From: Octopus sinensis | Lineage: Eukaryota | Assembly: GCF_006345805.1 (NCBI RefSeq) | Contig: NC_042997.1 | Coordinates: forward strand, 39,866,001-39,930,000 | Length of the DNA stretch: 64,000 nt | Direction of reading: 5' to 3' | In this document: positions 12,884 to 25,969 of the stretch, one piece after another | How positions within the stretch are numbered: position 1 is the first letter of the stretch | Layout: each line of letters opens with the position of its first letter | Notes under the pieces: generated by a model | Databases searched by the model: none | The model's input: only the letters and a program-made list of their open reading frames with translations | What the model was told of the DNA's origin: nothing | Translations under genes and position numbers: made by a program

Positions 12884-13486
12884 TATATATATATTCAGGG
12901 TAAGCTAGTATGTATACAGGCCCACCTGCACGCTAGAAGAAGATGTCAAATATCTCTAAGCTACCTTAAGATATCACCTAAAACTATAAACATGTGTTGT
13001 CATCGGGCAAATAAATGAAACAGATTCATGAAACGGTTCAATTACATATCCAGTTGATTTCAGAATTAAGGGGGGAAATCCCTTTTCTCTCTCCCTCATT
13101 AGTGTGATACAATCCAAATGCATATAAAGACGAACAAATATATGTAGCCATGAACACAATGGCTCTACAGCGCAAATACATTGTTCATACTTATATACAA
13201 AATAAAAATTCAAAAATCTGGTTTCATTTATTTTGACCATGTGTTAATAACCAAGTAATTCAGCAGTGAATAATTTTGGTTTGGGTTAAATTATATATTT
13301 TTAATATATTTTAGAATTTAGAATAAAATCTATATTTGATTTTATCAGGTAGTTAGCATGCAATTAGCTGGTTAAGGTTAAGTTAATAAATTTATAAATA
13401 CATATTCAGGGCAAAACCGGTTGAATACATGCTAACCATCTGATAAAATCAAATATGGATTTTATCCTAAATTTAAAAATAATATA

Positions 13487-13892
13487 TAGGTATAGGAGTG
13501 GCTGTGTGGTAAGTAGCTTGTTTACCAACCACATGGTTCCGGGTTCAGTCCTACTGCGTGGCACCTTGGGCAAGTGTCTTCTACTATAGCCTCAGGCCAA
13601 CCAAAGCTTTGTGAGTGGATTTGGTAGACGGAAACTGAAAGAAGCTCGTCATATATATGTATATATATGTGTGTTTGTGTGTCTGTGCTTGTCCCCCTAG
13701 CATTGCTTGACAACCGATGCTGGTGTGTTTATGTCCCCGTTACTTAGCGGTTCGGCAAAAGAGACCGATAGAATAAGTACTGGGCTTACAAAGAATAAGT
13801 CCCGGGGTCAATTTACTCAACTAGAAGGCGGTGCTCCAGCATGGCCGCTGTCAAATGATTGAAGCAAATAAAAGAATAAAAGAGTAAAAGAG
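13487..13892 (+). mobile_element. SINE family A
   Basis: Family A head, body and tail. Confidence 0.9.
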
Positions 13893-13943
13893 TATATACA
13901 CACACACACACATATATGTATACAGATGTGCCTTCAGCCACTT

Positions 13944-14003
13944 GAGTCTGATGAGTCACCTCTATTGTTAAGTGCTTTATTGGTTTGAAACCAATGGTCA
14001 CTC
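13944..14003 (+). ncRNA. Type I hammerhead ribozyme motif (weak helix II)
   Basis: GAGT-CTGATGA-G..T-GAAA-CCAATGG-TC-ACTC: helix I GAGU/ACUC, intact core, GUC site. Confidence 0.6.
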
Positions 14004-16689
14004 TATGATCGGCCATAACTTTTAACTTCCTAAAATATGTATGTGTGTGTATGTCACTCACACATGCATGCATAGAAACATGTGTGTATACATTGTAAAT
14101 ATAAATGATATGTGTTTGCAGGGAACACAGCATAATTTAGAATATGTGAAACATGAATATGGGAGATAGCTTTATTGTTAGTTATTTGAAAGCCTTCCAG
14201 CTGTGTAGATTGAGATGATGTGTATTCATTTTATTCTTTTAAGTAAAGAGAAAATCTTATGTGTGATTAGAACAATATTTGTCAGGTTTTGCAAAGCCTT
14301 TTACTAAAGTCACGAGAGTTTATTGTGGAGCATTATGTTTAGTGTGGAATTTTCAGGAAAACAAGAATATGAATGTTATGCCAATGTCAATGTAGGAATT
14401 GTCCTTACTACATAAATTTTGATTTAAAGCTTGTAGCAGCTGGAATATTCAGAGTAATGGATCTAGTATATAAAACTGAATTTAGGTATATATTGATTAA
14501 AAATGGAGAGAGAGAGCATTATATCAAATATAAGATTTAATGGTTTATAGTTTTAATGAAATATAATTTAAGAGAATTGATTAAGTTTGTTACAGATAAT
14601 GCATATGTTTTATTTGAAGGCAATGTACTTAGGAGAATTCCCATGGGGGTAATTGGGGATTGATTAAGTATGTTACAGATAATGCACATGTTTCATTTAC
14701 ATGAAAATTACATAGACAAGTTAATGTAATTCCCATGAGGGTAATTGTTAGCTGACATGTTGTCATGTGATTTATGGAGAATGGAGAAGTTAGGTTTGGT
14801 TAGGCAATGCGGTAGTTGTTGTTGTTGTTGGAAAATAGATGATGTTTCCAGCCCTAATTATAGATTTTTCAACAATGAGTCTTATTAAAATTTATCGTGG
14901 GATTTTGAGACTATGAGAATTAGCTTGGATGTAAATAAGATTAATTGTTTGGGTGTTTCATTTGAGATTAGCTATAAATGTTTGGCTCATCTGTACAACA
15001 TGACTAGTGAGTTTAATTCTAAGGTAGTAGCTACTGTATGTGGATAGTTGCATACCTGTTAGACTCAGATAACAGTGTAATTATTGCACAAGTAATCAAA
15101 CTTGTAAAGGTATTTTATAAATGAGATTTATCAGTAGATGTTACTAATAGAGTTGTAAGACATAATTAAGCAAGGTTACAATGCAAAAAGATTAATCAAA
15201 TAATTCAATTATAGTCTAATTTACACAATGATATATTAAGTTTGAAGTTATTTGAAGTTCACAATAATAAATTAGAAATGTCTAATTGATAATTATTGAT
15301 AATCATTGGTGCATGTGAAGTGGTGATCTGGCAGGTTCATTAGCACATCTGGCAAAATGCTTTGTGGAATTTTGTCTGTTTTTACATTCTGTGTTCAAAT
15401 TCCACCAAGGTTGACTTCACCTTTGATCGTTTTTGGGGTCGATAAAATAAGTACAAGTTGAACATTGGAGTCAATGTAATTGACTTACCCCTCCCCGAAA
15501 TTGCTGGCCTTGTGCCAAAATTTGAAATCGATATTTGGTGCATGTTGGGTTTATTGAAGTTAATTAAAGGATGTATGTTTGGTTTGTATAAAATATTAGC
15601 CATGGGTTGTTTGTCTCTCTTCTTTTTCACGGCTAGTGACAATCTCTTCCACTTTGGTTGGGGTTGGCGAAGTTGGATCAATTAGGGGTAAATTGGCTTT
15701 GGTGACCATCTGATGACTTATTTCAATACATTAGTACTTTGTCCTTTTGGATCAGAGTATGTTTCTAATGTTGTATTTATTAGCTGTTGATTTATTTATC
15801 GTATTAGTATCTGATTTGTTATTTCTGTCTTGAGAAAGCAACTTTTTGACAACAGATCTCAGATGATTCTATTTGTTGCTGCCATAATGGAAATGATGTC
15901 ACTAACCTTTTCAATTGTGTGCTTTTCACACATATATATATAGAAATATAACATACAATAATAATACATATCTAACTACATGATGCAATATAATATACAC
16001 ATATTTAGATGTTTACATAGTTACTGATATACATCCATATATACATTCGTACATCATCATCATCATCATTTAATGTTTGTTTTCCATAAGTTGGATGGTT
16101 TGACTCAAAACTGGCAAGCCAGGGAGCTGCACCAGGTTTCAGTTTGATTTGGCATAGTTTCTACAGCTGGATGCCCTTCCTAACATCAACCACTCCATGA
16201 GTGTAGTTTCGATATTCATATATAACAGAAATACACACGAAAGGGCAATGTATCCTGCTCCAAATTTTGACAATGTTAAGCACATGTATTTACTTGGTGG
16301 GCTTTGGTTAATTACTCAGTAATTGATAGAATGTAATGAAATGCATCCCTACCACACAAAGTAAAAAGACACACATATGTACATGTATGTAAGTGTGTGT
16401 GTGTATGTACATATGTGTGTGAGTGTGTTTCTGTGTACCCGTGGTGGGTTGTAAACAAGCAACACCATCATACAAATGGTGTTGTTCGTTCGAATTTGTT
16501 TATGGAAAACATGTATTATTATGAAGAAATGTAACCTTACTTGGAAACAGGCGAGGGTTGGCAACAGGAAAGGTATCCAGCTGTAGAAAATTCTCGAGAA
16601 GTTCCAGGCAAGCATGGAAAAGTGGTCGAGATCCGCGTCTCCAAACTGGTTGGGGTTGGTGAAGTTGGATCAATTAGGGGCAACAGGAT

Positions 16690-17616
16690 GAGATCGGGGC
16701 TTCTTGAGGGCCTTACATCCTTACGTATTTTTTTCTGAATCTGGTGTTGAGTCTGTTTGTAGCTGTGGGATGGTGCTGAGTCCTGTTGGCGGCTCCAAGG
16801 TACGCCATGAAAGTGCTCATTCGCTCATGGAAGCAGTTCAGCTTCTAGAATATCGCTAATGTAACGCTGGGTGTTAATTTTAACACCCGAGGGAACAAAA
16901 ACAAGAGGTAGACTTCTTGTGCCTGTCACAGCCGCCCAAACCATAACTGACCGTGGATTTTGACGTCGATTTACGAGTCTTGCACCGACGGGGCCAGATA
17001 CACAGCCAAGTCGGTCATTCTGGTGGTTTCCTGTGTATTCGATGTCAGATTTCTTTTCATAGGTTGGACTGCATGCCTTCAGCAATCTTACGCAGGATGA
17101 GACGACTTCTTTCCATTCTCATAGCTTTATAAACTTGCGTGAGCTCATGACAGCGGATTATCTTGTAGGAGCGAGTCTCGAGACCCTCCTTCAGCACTCA
17201 ATACATCGATGTCTATTTTTGCTGTGACAGCCAATTTTTTGTGATGGAACGACAAGGATTTCGCTGTATCTTTTTTCTGGTCCTTTTGAATAGCTGAGGG
17301 GGTCACACACTTCTTTTTCAGTCACGTCCAGGTCGATCAGCGGTAGAACCAGTCTCTTGAAATTTCTTGATAATTTTCTAGACCGTTGTTTGGTTAATTT
17401 TAAGCTTTTGCTATAACTGTTTTAATTTCCCCTCCTTTGTGGAATGTTATGAATTTATTTCGGTCTATAGACACTATATAATGTATGAATCTGAATTTAT
17501 TTAGTCTGAAACAAAAAGAAGAGACACTAAGCTTTTATAATGATGTGTAATTTTCATATTTTATCGCATTTATTAAAGCCCGAAAGTTCCGGTTGCCTTA
17601 ATTTCCGGAAACCCTG
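16690..17616 (-). mobile_element. Decayed Tc1/mariner-superfamily transposon, maT (DD37D)-like
   Basis: Minus strand: HTH (KFQETGSTADRPGR), VMVWAAVT..PLVFVPSGVKINTQRYISDIL, QQDSAPSH, degraded RSPDL; terminus TA|CAGGGTTTCCGGAA at 17616. Confidence 0.8.
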
Positions 17617-18116
17617 TATATATCTATAATATAAATTGGACATGGGCTATCATTGTATTTTTTCTTATTTTGAGGTTCACAGCCAAACGGCTGGGTGGAT
17701 TCGCGTGAAAAATGGCACACATGTGGAAACGTGTGCATATATCAGAATGCGGTTTGTATTTTTCCCCAGCCCCCACAGTTACCGATAAAATCGATTAAAT
17801 CTTTCTCTAATGGAATTTTCCCGCCATTAAAACAACCAGTTGAACTTTTTCTAATGGAATTCTCCACCCATTAAAACAACCAGTTGCTCACACAGCCAGC
17901 TATTAGAATGACCGCTAAATAAGGGGAGGGAGTAGAGGTAAGGGAGTAAAAATGTTCATAGCAATCGCGTAAGCGCGCATGTCCCGCACACCTACGTACT
18001 CTCGGAGTTTTATCATGGCTACCGGATAATTGTCACATATTATATTTACAGATAAATTCTTCTATTTACATAATATCGAGGTCTATTTCATTCTTTTGTT
18101 GTCTTACCACTTCTAT

Positions 18117-18178
<62 letters not shown>

Positions 18179-18269
18179 CTAAAAGACGAATAATATAATC
18201 ATATGTAAACATGCAATATGTCAAGCAATAGGCCACTGGTAATAATAATTTATGTTATTACCCTATTTG

Positions 18270-18324
<55 letters not shown>

Positions 18325-18511
18325 ATATTAGGGAATAAATCCAAATTTACAGGGAAAAATCAGATTTAGGATTGAATCCAATTTTATAGAAATATAATAT
18401 AATATTAATTAGAGACAAAACCACTATTATGCAAATCAAACAAAGAAAGACTTAATCTAATGCATAAAAAATTTTATATAAATTAAATATAATTAAGATT
18501 AATTAAGATAT

Positions 18512-18557
18512 CCACTACGATCGTTTCTTGTCACTTCAATGGACATTCATCAGGTGG
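18512..18557 (-). ncRNA. Mirror copy of the minimal hammerhead motif
   Basis: Left arm of the palindrome. Confidence 0.75.
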
Positions 18558-18591
18558 TTTCTAGACCTTCTATGCATAGAAGGTCTAGAAA

Positions 18592-18637
18592 CCACCTGAT
18601 GAATGTCCATTGAAGTGACAAGAAACGATCGTAGTGG
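18592..18637 (+). ncRNA. Minimal type I hammerhead ribozyme motif
   Basis: CCAC-CTGATGA-A-TGTC-CATTGAAGT-GACA-A-GAAA-CGATCG-TA-GTGG; helix I CCAC/GUGG, palindromic helix III, GUA site. Confidence 0.75.
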
Positions 18638-18740
18638 ATATCTTAATTAATCTTAATTATATTTAATTTATATAAAATTTTTTATGCATTAGATTAAGTC
18701 TTTCTTTGTTTGATTTGCATAATAGTGGTTTTGTCTCTAA

Positions 18741-18778
<38 letters not shown>

Positions 18779-19259
18779 TATGTGTGTATGTGTGCTCCTT
18801 ATACATACATTCGTACATATATGTTGAGCACGCTTATCCAAGATTCCGTGCTATGGGATTAAATCTAGAACTTTGTAGAAATAACCTTTTTGTAACTACA
18901 CATAAAAAAAAGGGAAAATAGAAATATACAAGTTAAGCAATATTTGGAAGAGAGCGAGTTATAGTGACTATGAAACGGGTATTCCTGTAGCGACCATTGT
19001 GCCTTTTCTTATGTGTAGGGATACGAAGCTCTAAATTCAAAGAATTGTGTAATTACATTTTTTCGGCATTGTTTGCAGACATTATCCTAGGAATGGCTAA
19101 TTAGATACTGGTTTTAGTTAAAACCAAACTTTGAGAAAAAAAGAAAAACAGAAAAAAGAAAATAACAAGTGATGCTATTGAACCTTCAGCCATCCGAGTT
19201 ATTAGAAAAGTAAGTGACATTTTAAGGGAACGCTGGACTATTCTCAGACAAATCAAGTG

Positions 19260-19660
19260 ATCTAGACATTTGACAAACTAATAACGCCCACAGACAGTCA
19301 ATCGGCCAGAATGTTAGAATATTGTTGGGCAATAATTAGTGACCAGAGCGTATGGCAAAACAAATGCCGTATCAAGACAGTCAGACAACGAGAATTCTGG
19401 CCCACAAGCAGACAAAAGTAAGTGATGTTTTTGAGTAAGTACTAAACAGGACTTGAATCTTTGTTGTAAAATCTACATATATAAGGCAATATCAGCTCGA
19501 AAATAGTCCAAGTTCTACACTTAAATGAGTAAAGCAAACGACAAACAATTCTACATCTCATCAAACAGCAGAACTGGCAAAACACTTTTTCCTGTGCCTT
19601 AAAATTTTCTTAATGTCTAATTGCTAATATAAGCCATTGTTATGAAACTGAACTTCCATA
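19260..19660 (+). repeat. Diverged ~400-bp direct repeat, partner at 21070-21450
   Basis: Shared blocks CCCACAGACAGT, TTTGAGTAAG, CTTGAATCTTTGT, CTACATATATAAGGCAATAT, ATGTCTAATTGCTAA. Confidence 0.7.
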
Positions 19661-19879
19661 TTTTCTTACTGCTGTGGGACTTATTGGCACTTGAATTTTT
19701 ATTATATAATTTGGCTATGAAACCTAAATATTTGGGTTTGAAGATGTTTTATTGTTAGGCAACTTTTTCATGTGCATTCTCTTTCTTTTAAATTTTAATC
19801 TTATTTTGATATATCATTGAAAAGCAAAATCAAAAGAGCACTGAACTCGGTATGGTATCCCAGAGAAAGCCCGCTACCT

Positions 19880-20690
19880 CAACTCCTATTATTTTTGTTG
19901 TTTTCAGTTGTTTATTTGAGTCGAATGCACTATGTATGTTTTTCGTTCTATCGTGTCGTTATAAAGTATTTGTTTTGGTTTATATTTCCTAATAAATATA
20001 TTTTCTTTATTTCATAAGAAGTGGAGTAAGGTGCTTTCGATACATTAATATAAAGCGAAAGTTTGGTATTCAGAATGCATGTTGGACCAAGATCCTGGTG
20101 TATACTAACGAGTGTTTTTCTAGCACTGGGGTGTTATATCTGTTGACGCTGGACCGTCATTCTGTGCTTCAGAGTTAATCCCATTTGTCTTATGTAGTCT
20201 TAATTACACCCATTGCATTTAATAACTTAAATTTTTTCATTCGTGGGTCGTTCTTCAAAAACGGAATATTCTGATGAATGCTGCATGCTTCTGCATTTTG
20301 CTGTTGATATAGAAGGGTAATCTATTGGGTATGTCGGGCCTGTTTCTTGCTTTTTGTAACTCTTGAGTGTCTATCGTTTTTGCACGTTCTGTTCCATTAT
20401 TGATTAAAATTCCTAGATATCACCTTTCGTGTAATATACTTCCGAATTCATGAACTTGTTTTCCCCAGATTTCGGAATGGGATGTAATTGTGCAGGTTTT
20501 CCTTGCCAAGTTAAAAGGTATATTTATTTTTATATGATTTGGATAGCAGGAAGAAAGTAATAGAGATATTTTCTGAGTCTGTTAGTTTGAATTAGGTGTC
20601 AGTTTCAATGTTCGTATCTCATTTTATGATAAAGATGTCTGAAAATTGCAGTGTTTTTAACCATATTCCATTGTAAATTGGATATTATAG
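19880..20690 (-). mobile_element. Decayed Penelope-like element: RT C-terminus/thumb plus GIY-YIG endonuclease
   Basis: Minus-strand fragments NIQFTME, FNLARK, INNGTERAKTID, IKCNGCN*DYIRQMGLTLKHRMTVQRQQI, KENIFIRKYKPK; stops and frameshifts. Confidence 0.8.
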
Positions 20691-20700
20691 TTTATGCTAC

Positions 20701-20820
20701 AAAGAAAACATGTTTATTAAGGAATATAAATCAAAGGTAAATGATTCACAGCAACACGATAGAACGAAAAAATACAGTATATGCAACTCAAATATTCAAC
20801 TAGAAACAACAAAAATAGTG
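20701..20820 (+). mobile_element. Inverted copy of the same PLE 3' end (KENMFIKEYKSKVN plus 3' UTR)
   Basis: Aligns to reverse complement of 19885-20010 (shared ACACGATAGAACGAAAAA). Confidence 0.7.
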
Positions 20821-23311
20821 AAAGAACATCAAAAGATGAGGCAACATGTTTCCTCCGGAATACGAAACTCTAACTTCAAACCATTATGTAATTAAATTTT
20901 TTTTCAACACTATTTGCTGTGTTACCCTAGTATTGACCAATTGTCTTATAGTTTTAGTAAAACCAGGGTACGAAAAAGCAAACAAATGCTATTTAAGCAT
21001 TCAGCTGGCCGGGGCACGAGGAAAACGAGTCAGCCAATTGGAATGATAGACTACTGTCAGATAAAAAAAAATGACCGTATCATTTGAAAATCGATTAACA
21101 CCCACAGACAGTTTACTGGACAACTGTCGAGCAATGACTAGAGATCAGAACGTATGATAAACAAATGATATCCCCAGGCAATCAGCCAATGAGAACGCTG
21201 AGCCGCAGGCATATGGAAACAAGTGGCATCTTTGAGTAAGGACCGAGGAAGGCTTGAATCTTTGTCGTCATACCTACATATATAAGGCAATATTAGATAA
21301 AAGAAAAATAGTTCAAATTCCACTCGTGAGAATGAGGAAAACAGGCAACAAACAATTCTGTCCTACACCACACGACAGAATTGGTAAAATATTATTTCCT
21401 ACACCTTAGAATATTCATGTCTAATTGCTAACATACTTTATTGCTATGAAACGTATTGGCTAGAGAGAGTAATTGGATCTATGTGGGCTTGAAAAAGTAC
21501 ACTTTAGTTGTCTAGAAAGAGTATTTTTTACAATGGTGCTCAACAATTAACCCCACCCCACACACATACACACAATCACCCTTTCATACACATATACACA
21601 CATATATGCATGCATGTATGCATACATACATACATACATATATACACACACACACATACATACATACATACATACATACATACACGCATACATACATACA
21701 TACATAAAGGGTGGAGCAGAGAAGACGGACGTTTTTGAAATGGCTATTACTCAGCCCCATTAGGAGGACTCCACTCTCTCAAACATTGCTCTGTATACAA
21801 AAAGGGAGATAATCGCAGCGGGGGTGGGATGCTTCTATCGTAGATCTAATCAATCATCACCTGCGATTATGGAATTTTAAACAATTTGCATTGAAATTCC
21901 AAATGTTAATATTTCGTTTTTCACTTGTATGGTTAATGTACTTTCCAAAGAAAAAAATATAATGAAAAAAGAAAAACCCTCAGCAAAAAATCTCTTTCCC
22001 TGCAATAGGGAACTGAAGGCCTTTTTATAGGATTGAAATATTAGATATTCGGCAAATTAGTATTTCTTTTGCTTAGGATTTAATCAAATGTTATAAATCA
22101 ACTTCCAGATAGCATTCTTTATCAGTTGATGGAAGGTATTGATGGAATTTGTAATACGTATATAACATCACATCCATTATATAACATCACATCCTTTCCA
22201 AAAAACTGTTTGATATTTTATTAGCTGATGTACTATTATCCCAGTATAAGCATTTCCTTTTAATATTTTGAAACGTACAGTGCCGCCTCACATGTGTGAA
22301 ACCGTTTAAGCCACTAAAACATTAAGCCCAAGTTAAGGTAAGTTGCATAAGACGAGATATTAGGAAAAGCAGTGACGTGGAAAAGTGTGAAGAAAAACCT
22401 AACATTAACAGAATGGGGTGGGGATGGGGCACAATGAGTAATATTTACTGCATTTTTTACTTTGAGAAAAAGATTTTCTTCCAATGATCTCTACCTTACA
22501 AAAACTATATCAGCTAAGCAAATAACCTTCTCTAAATGTATTAAAAACACTATAGCATATTCAGAAAGCTATTTCACAAAATTATCTCCGTTCGCTTTCA
22601 GCATACAAAAAGACAAATATAGGTGGGGCAAAATGAGTAAGTCAGGGTGGCTGAGTGCTGTTGGAGCGAAATCAGCCCGAGGAGCTAATCTGAGGTTTCT
22701 GTAGTAGCAGTAAGAAAATAGAGAGAAGACAGCATGTCTGTGGGCCAAAAGCTGGAGTGTGTCGAACGACTTTATACTAGTGAGTCAGTCAGGTGGCTGT
22801 TTTTATGATGCCCTCTCGCTTGTACTGTAGGAGCGCCATTCCAGTCGTAGGGTCACTATTCTATTGTGGATCTCGCTCGAGCTTTTAAACGATTTGTAGT
22901 TGTTGAGGGCTGGAATAATTTTTGGCACCGAAGAGAAAGATGCAGTCTTTGCTATGTTGAGGATTCATTTTGCATCTTTTGTAAATTCATCTTGCATGTT
23001 TTTTTTAATAGACATAAGAATAATTTTTGCAGGTACTTGTAGCCTATAAACTGCCTAAAGATAAAGAGCACATTTGGGTATAAGTTCAGTAAAGGGTTTA
23101 GTTCGGCACCTAGCCATTTTTGATGACAACATCATCTAAAAATAATTTTGAGTGTTTTCGGAAAAGCATAGAAATAGTTTGAGACATTTCAAAATGTATT
23201 TATAACTGAACGAGAATATTTATAGCTTGGTTCCTTTTAGGAACATTAACGTTTTGCTTGATTGTATTATATCTAAAAAATACCCGAAGCTTTGTATTAT
23301 ATTTAAAATAC

Positions 23312-23735
23312 GGATCTTTTTGGTTTGATCGGCAGTTTATTCTAGCGGTGTCATATGAAATTGTCACCCATAATTATGACCCTAGTATCGATCTATTGCA
23401 TTTCAATCTGTTTCAGGGTTAGTTAGGGTTAGGGTTAGGTGTGGAGGGAAGGGTATCTTTTTTTCTTCAGAAATGTAAATAAACCCAATCTGTTTCTTAA
23501 ACGAGGGGCATAATCATACGGCACAGAATGTTTTCACCTCAATAGACGTCATTGATTGGTTGAAATTGCAGAAATCGAAGAAAAAAAACAACAAATATCT
23601 TACAAACTATAGAATTTTCTCAATAAAGCCAAGAGAAAAATGTTTTATAAACACATTCTACCAGTATACGAAGTTTAAAAGTGTTTAGTTACGTGGAAAT
23701 TATTTAAAAAACTGCCGGTCAAACCGAAAAGATCC
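23312..23735. mobile_element. MITE with ~27-bp TIRs starting GGATC and 8-bp TSD (Merlin- or hAT-like)
   Basis: GGATCTTTTTGGTTTGATCGGCAGTTT / AAACTGCCGGTCAAACCGAAAAGATCC; TAAAATAC at 23304-23311 and 23736-23743; internal TTAGGG units. Confidence 0.88.
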
Positions 23736-24589
23736 TAAAATACTAATAACAACTATGTTATGATGGAAAGATGATTAAATTGTGAGTTATATTCAGCACA
23801 AAATTAATGTAGTTTTTTTTATATAAGTAGTTCTATTGTTGTCTACTTATAACGGGATAAAAGGTAAAAACATCAACCCTGCAAGAAAATGCAGTGTAAT
23901 TCTTTCAATATATGTCTTTGTTTAGTGTGTGAACAGCTTTTCTTTAAGTAAATTATTTGTTATAGGTCGGTGATGTATCATTTATGAATTTCTATCTGCG
24001 AAACACTTTAAATGACTCGAACAAACAAAGAAGAGAGTCGTTAATAGTTGTTTTCTGCAGTAGTTTTGACACTGCAATTCCGATAACGTCTCAATAATAT
24101 ACTTATCACCAAACCCAAATGATTTCATATTATATATTTCATTATAGCATATAGAGAAAGAGCTTTGATCCAGATGTCATTTCTGCTTCAAGCAACCTTA
24201 CGCTGCCAATGTCTTTCGGAAAGAACATGCCTTGATATTTTGTTCGTTATCCTTTGAATGATCCACGACTCGGTTTAACTCCATCACCTGCCTCTTGTCG
24301 TTAGCAGACTCCACTGTGTTGCAAGATTTCAGGTGAGGCATTTGGTCTGAAGAGAACTTACTTTCATCAGTCTAGGATGCCCTAATAAAGGCTTTGAACA
24401 CTGTCCTTCTTTGACTTTACCATGAACATATTATTTAAGTTTCTTATGATTTGTTTGAATGAAACTTTTGAACAAGAATAGTTTTTTTTGTTTTTAGTAT
24501 GTCACTGATGTATTCTAAAATGGAAACATGTCTAAAACAATTGTATAAAAAATAGACAACTTATTTTCAATATCTTGATTTATTTTAGG

Positions 24590-24800
24590 GTGGCGAGCTG
24601 GCAGAATCGATAGCACGATGGATAATATGCTTAGCGGCATTTTGTCCGTCTTTACTTTCTGAGTTCAAATTCTTCCGAGGTCGTCTTTGCCTTTCGTCCT
24701 TTTGAGATCAATAAAATAAGTATCAGTTGAATACTGGGGTCGATGTAATCGACTCATCCCTTTCCCCGAAATTGCTGGCCTAGTGCCAGAACTTGAAATC
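24590..24800 (+). mobile_element. SINE family B monomer
   Basis: GGTGGCGAGCTGGCAGAATC head, central domain, tail AAATTGCTGGCCTAGTGCC. Confidence 0.85.
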
Positions 24801-25969
24801 AATATTTTTATTATGAACTTCAAGCATAGGATATTTCCATTGCATTCTTAGTACTTTATATTTTTATCAATTCCGTGATGTACAGCAAATTGTTTCTCCA
24901 CACTCGCTATCTCTGGCTTCTTTGAACGGTTTTAGTAGCAGGTTAAATTCCTAGTGGTTACCAGTACCTCGCACAGCTTTTCCCCTACCGTGGTGGCTCC
25001 TTACACAATGCAATATAATTGACTATGTGTGAAAGGGAGTGATTGAGAGAGAGAGAGAACCCATTCTACTAAATGTCTTTTTTTCGATCGAAGAAGGGTA
25101 AAAGGTAAAGTTGACCTCGGTGTTATTTGAACTCAGAATGTGAAGAGCCCAAACATTTGCCATAACCATTTTTTCAATCGGCCATTAACACTCTCGTTTG
25201 GTACTGAGTGTAAGAATGAAACTGTTCCTGCCAACAGACGCAGCATGACCGAATTGTGAAGTAGTTCGCTTCACAATCACAGGGTGGAATTTTGATCTTT
25301 TTAGCATAGCTGCAGGTGAATCGAAGCTTTGTGAATAAATTTTGGAAGACGAAAACTGTGCGGAAGCCCGTTGGACGGATGGCATGTACATTTAGTTCAA
25401 AAGTTCAGCTTTGTTACACTGATTCCGCCTGAGAATTACATGAAGGGTACACGTATCTGTGGAATACTCAGCCACTTGGATGCTTATTAAATAAGCAGGA
25501 AGTGCAGTTAATCAAACAACTGAAACCTCGTGGTCGTCGGTGGAGATCCATTTATCTCTGCTAATGGCACAAAACCGCTTTCATGGTTTTAGTGAGTTTT
25601 GTTTTTTATCAACAATAGCTGAGTGTTCAAGAAAAGTAGTGAAAATTGATAAAATCTTCGCCTAAGACTTACAGAGTGTTGACATGAGAATTTATGTAAC
25701 AAAGTTAATTTTCTCTTAATCTCTAATGCAAAGCAACTGATTTGTGTAGCATTGAAAGAAGAAGCATGTTGAACAAATCGTTGAAAATTATCTTTTTTAT
25801 TGCCTCTATCCTTAGCTGCTATGAAACTATTGAATCGAATGAAGTAATCTGCATTTAATTACTCTGTTAAAAAGCAACAAAAAACCCCCAAAAAACAAAA
25901 AAAACAAACGAAAAACACATATATACCCGCAATATTTTAGAAATGATTTTTTAAACTTTTCTCTCTATA

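Larger units (their letters stand above)
18397..18752. repeat. Perfect spacerless 356-bp palindrome (centre 18574/18575) between (TA)n tracts
   Basis: Arms read as exact reverse complements from CTTCTATG|CATAGAAG outwards. Confidence 0.95.

Noticed and set aside
17620-18030. Possible Helitron (TCTATAATATAAA start, internal 35-bp tandem repeat)
   Set aside because: No 3' hairpin plus CTAG found
22281-22337. Plus-strand exon ending AAG|GTAAGT
   Set aside because: Stops in all three frames
23414-23438. TTAGGG as telomere or fusion site
   Set aside because: Only a few units, internal to a MITE and present in its other copy
24345-24375. CTGAAGA (+) and CTGATGA (-) close together
   Set aside because: No correctly placed GAAA or NUH on either strand
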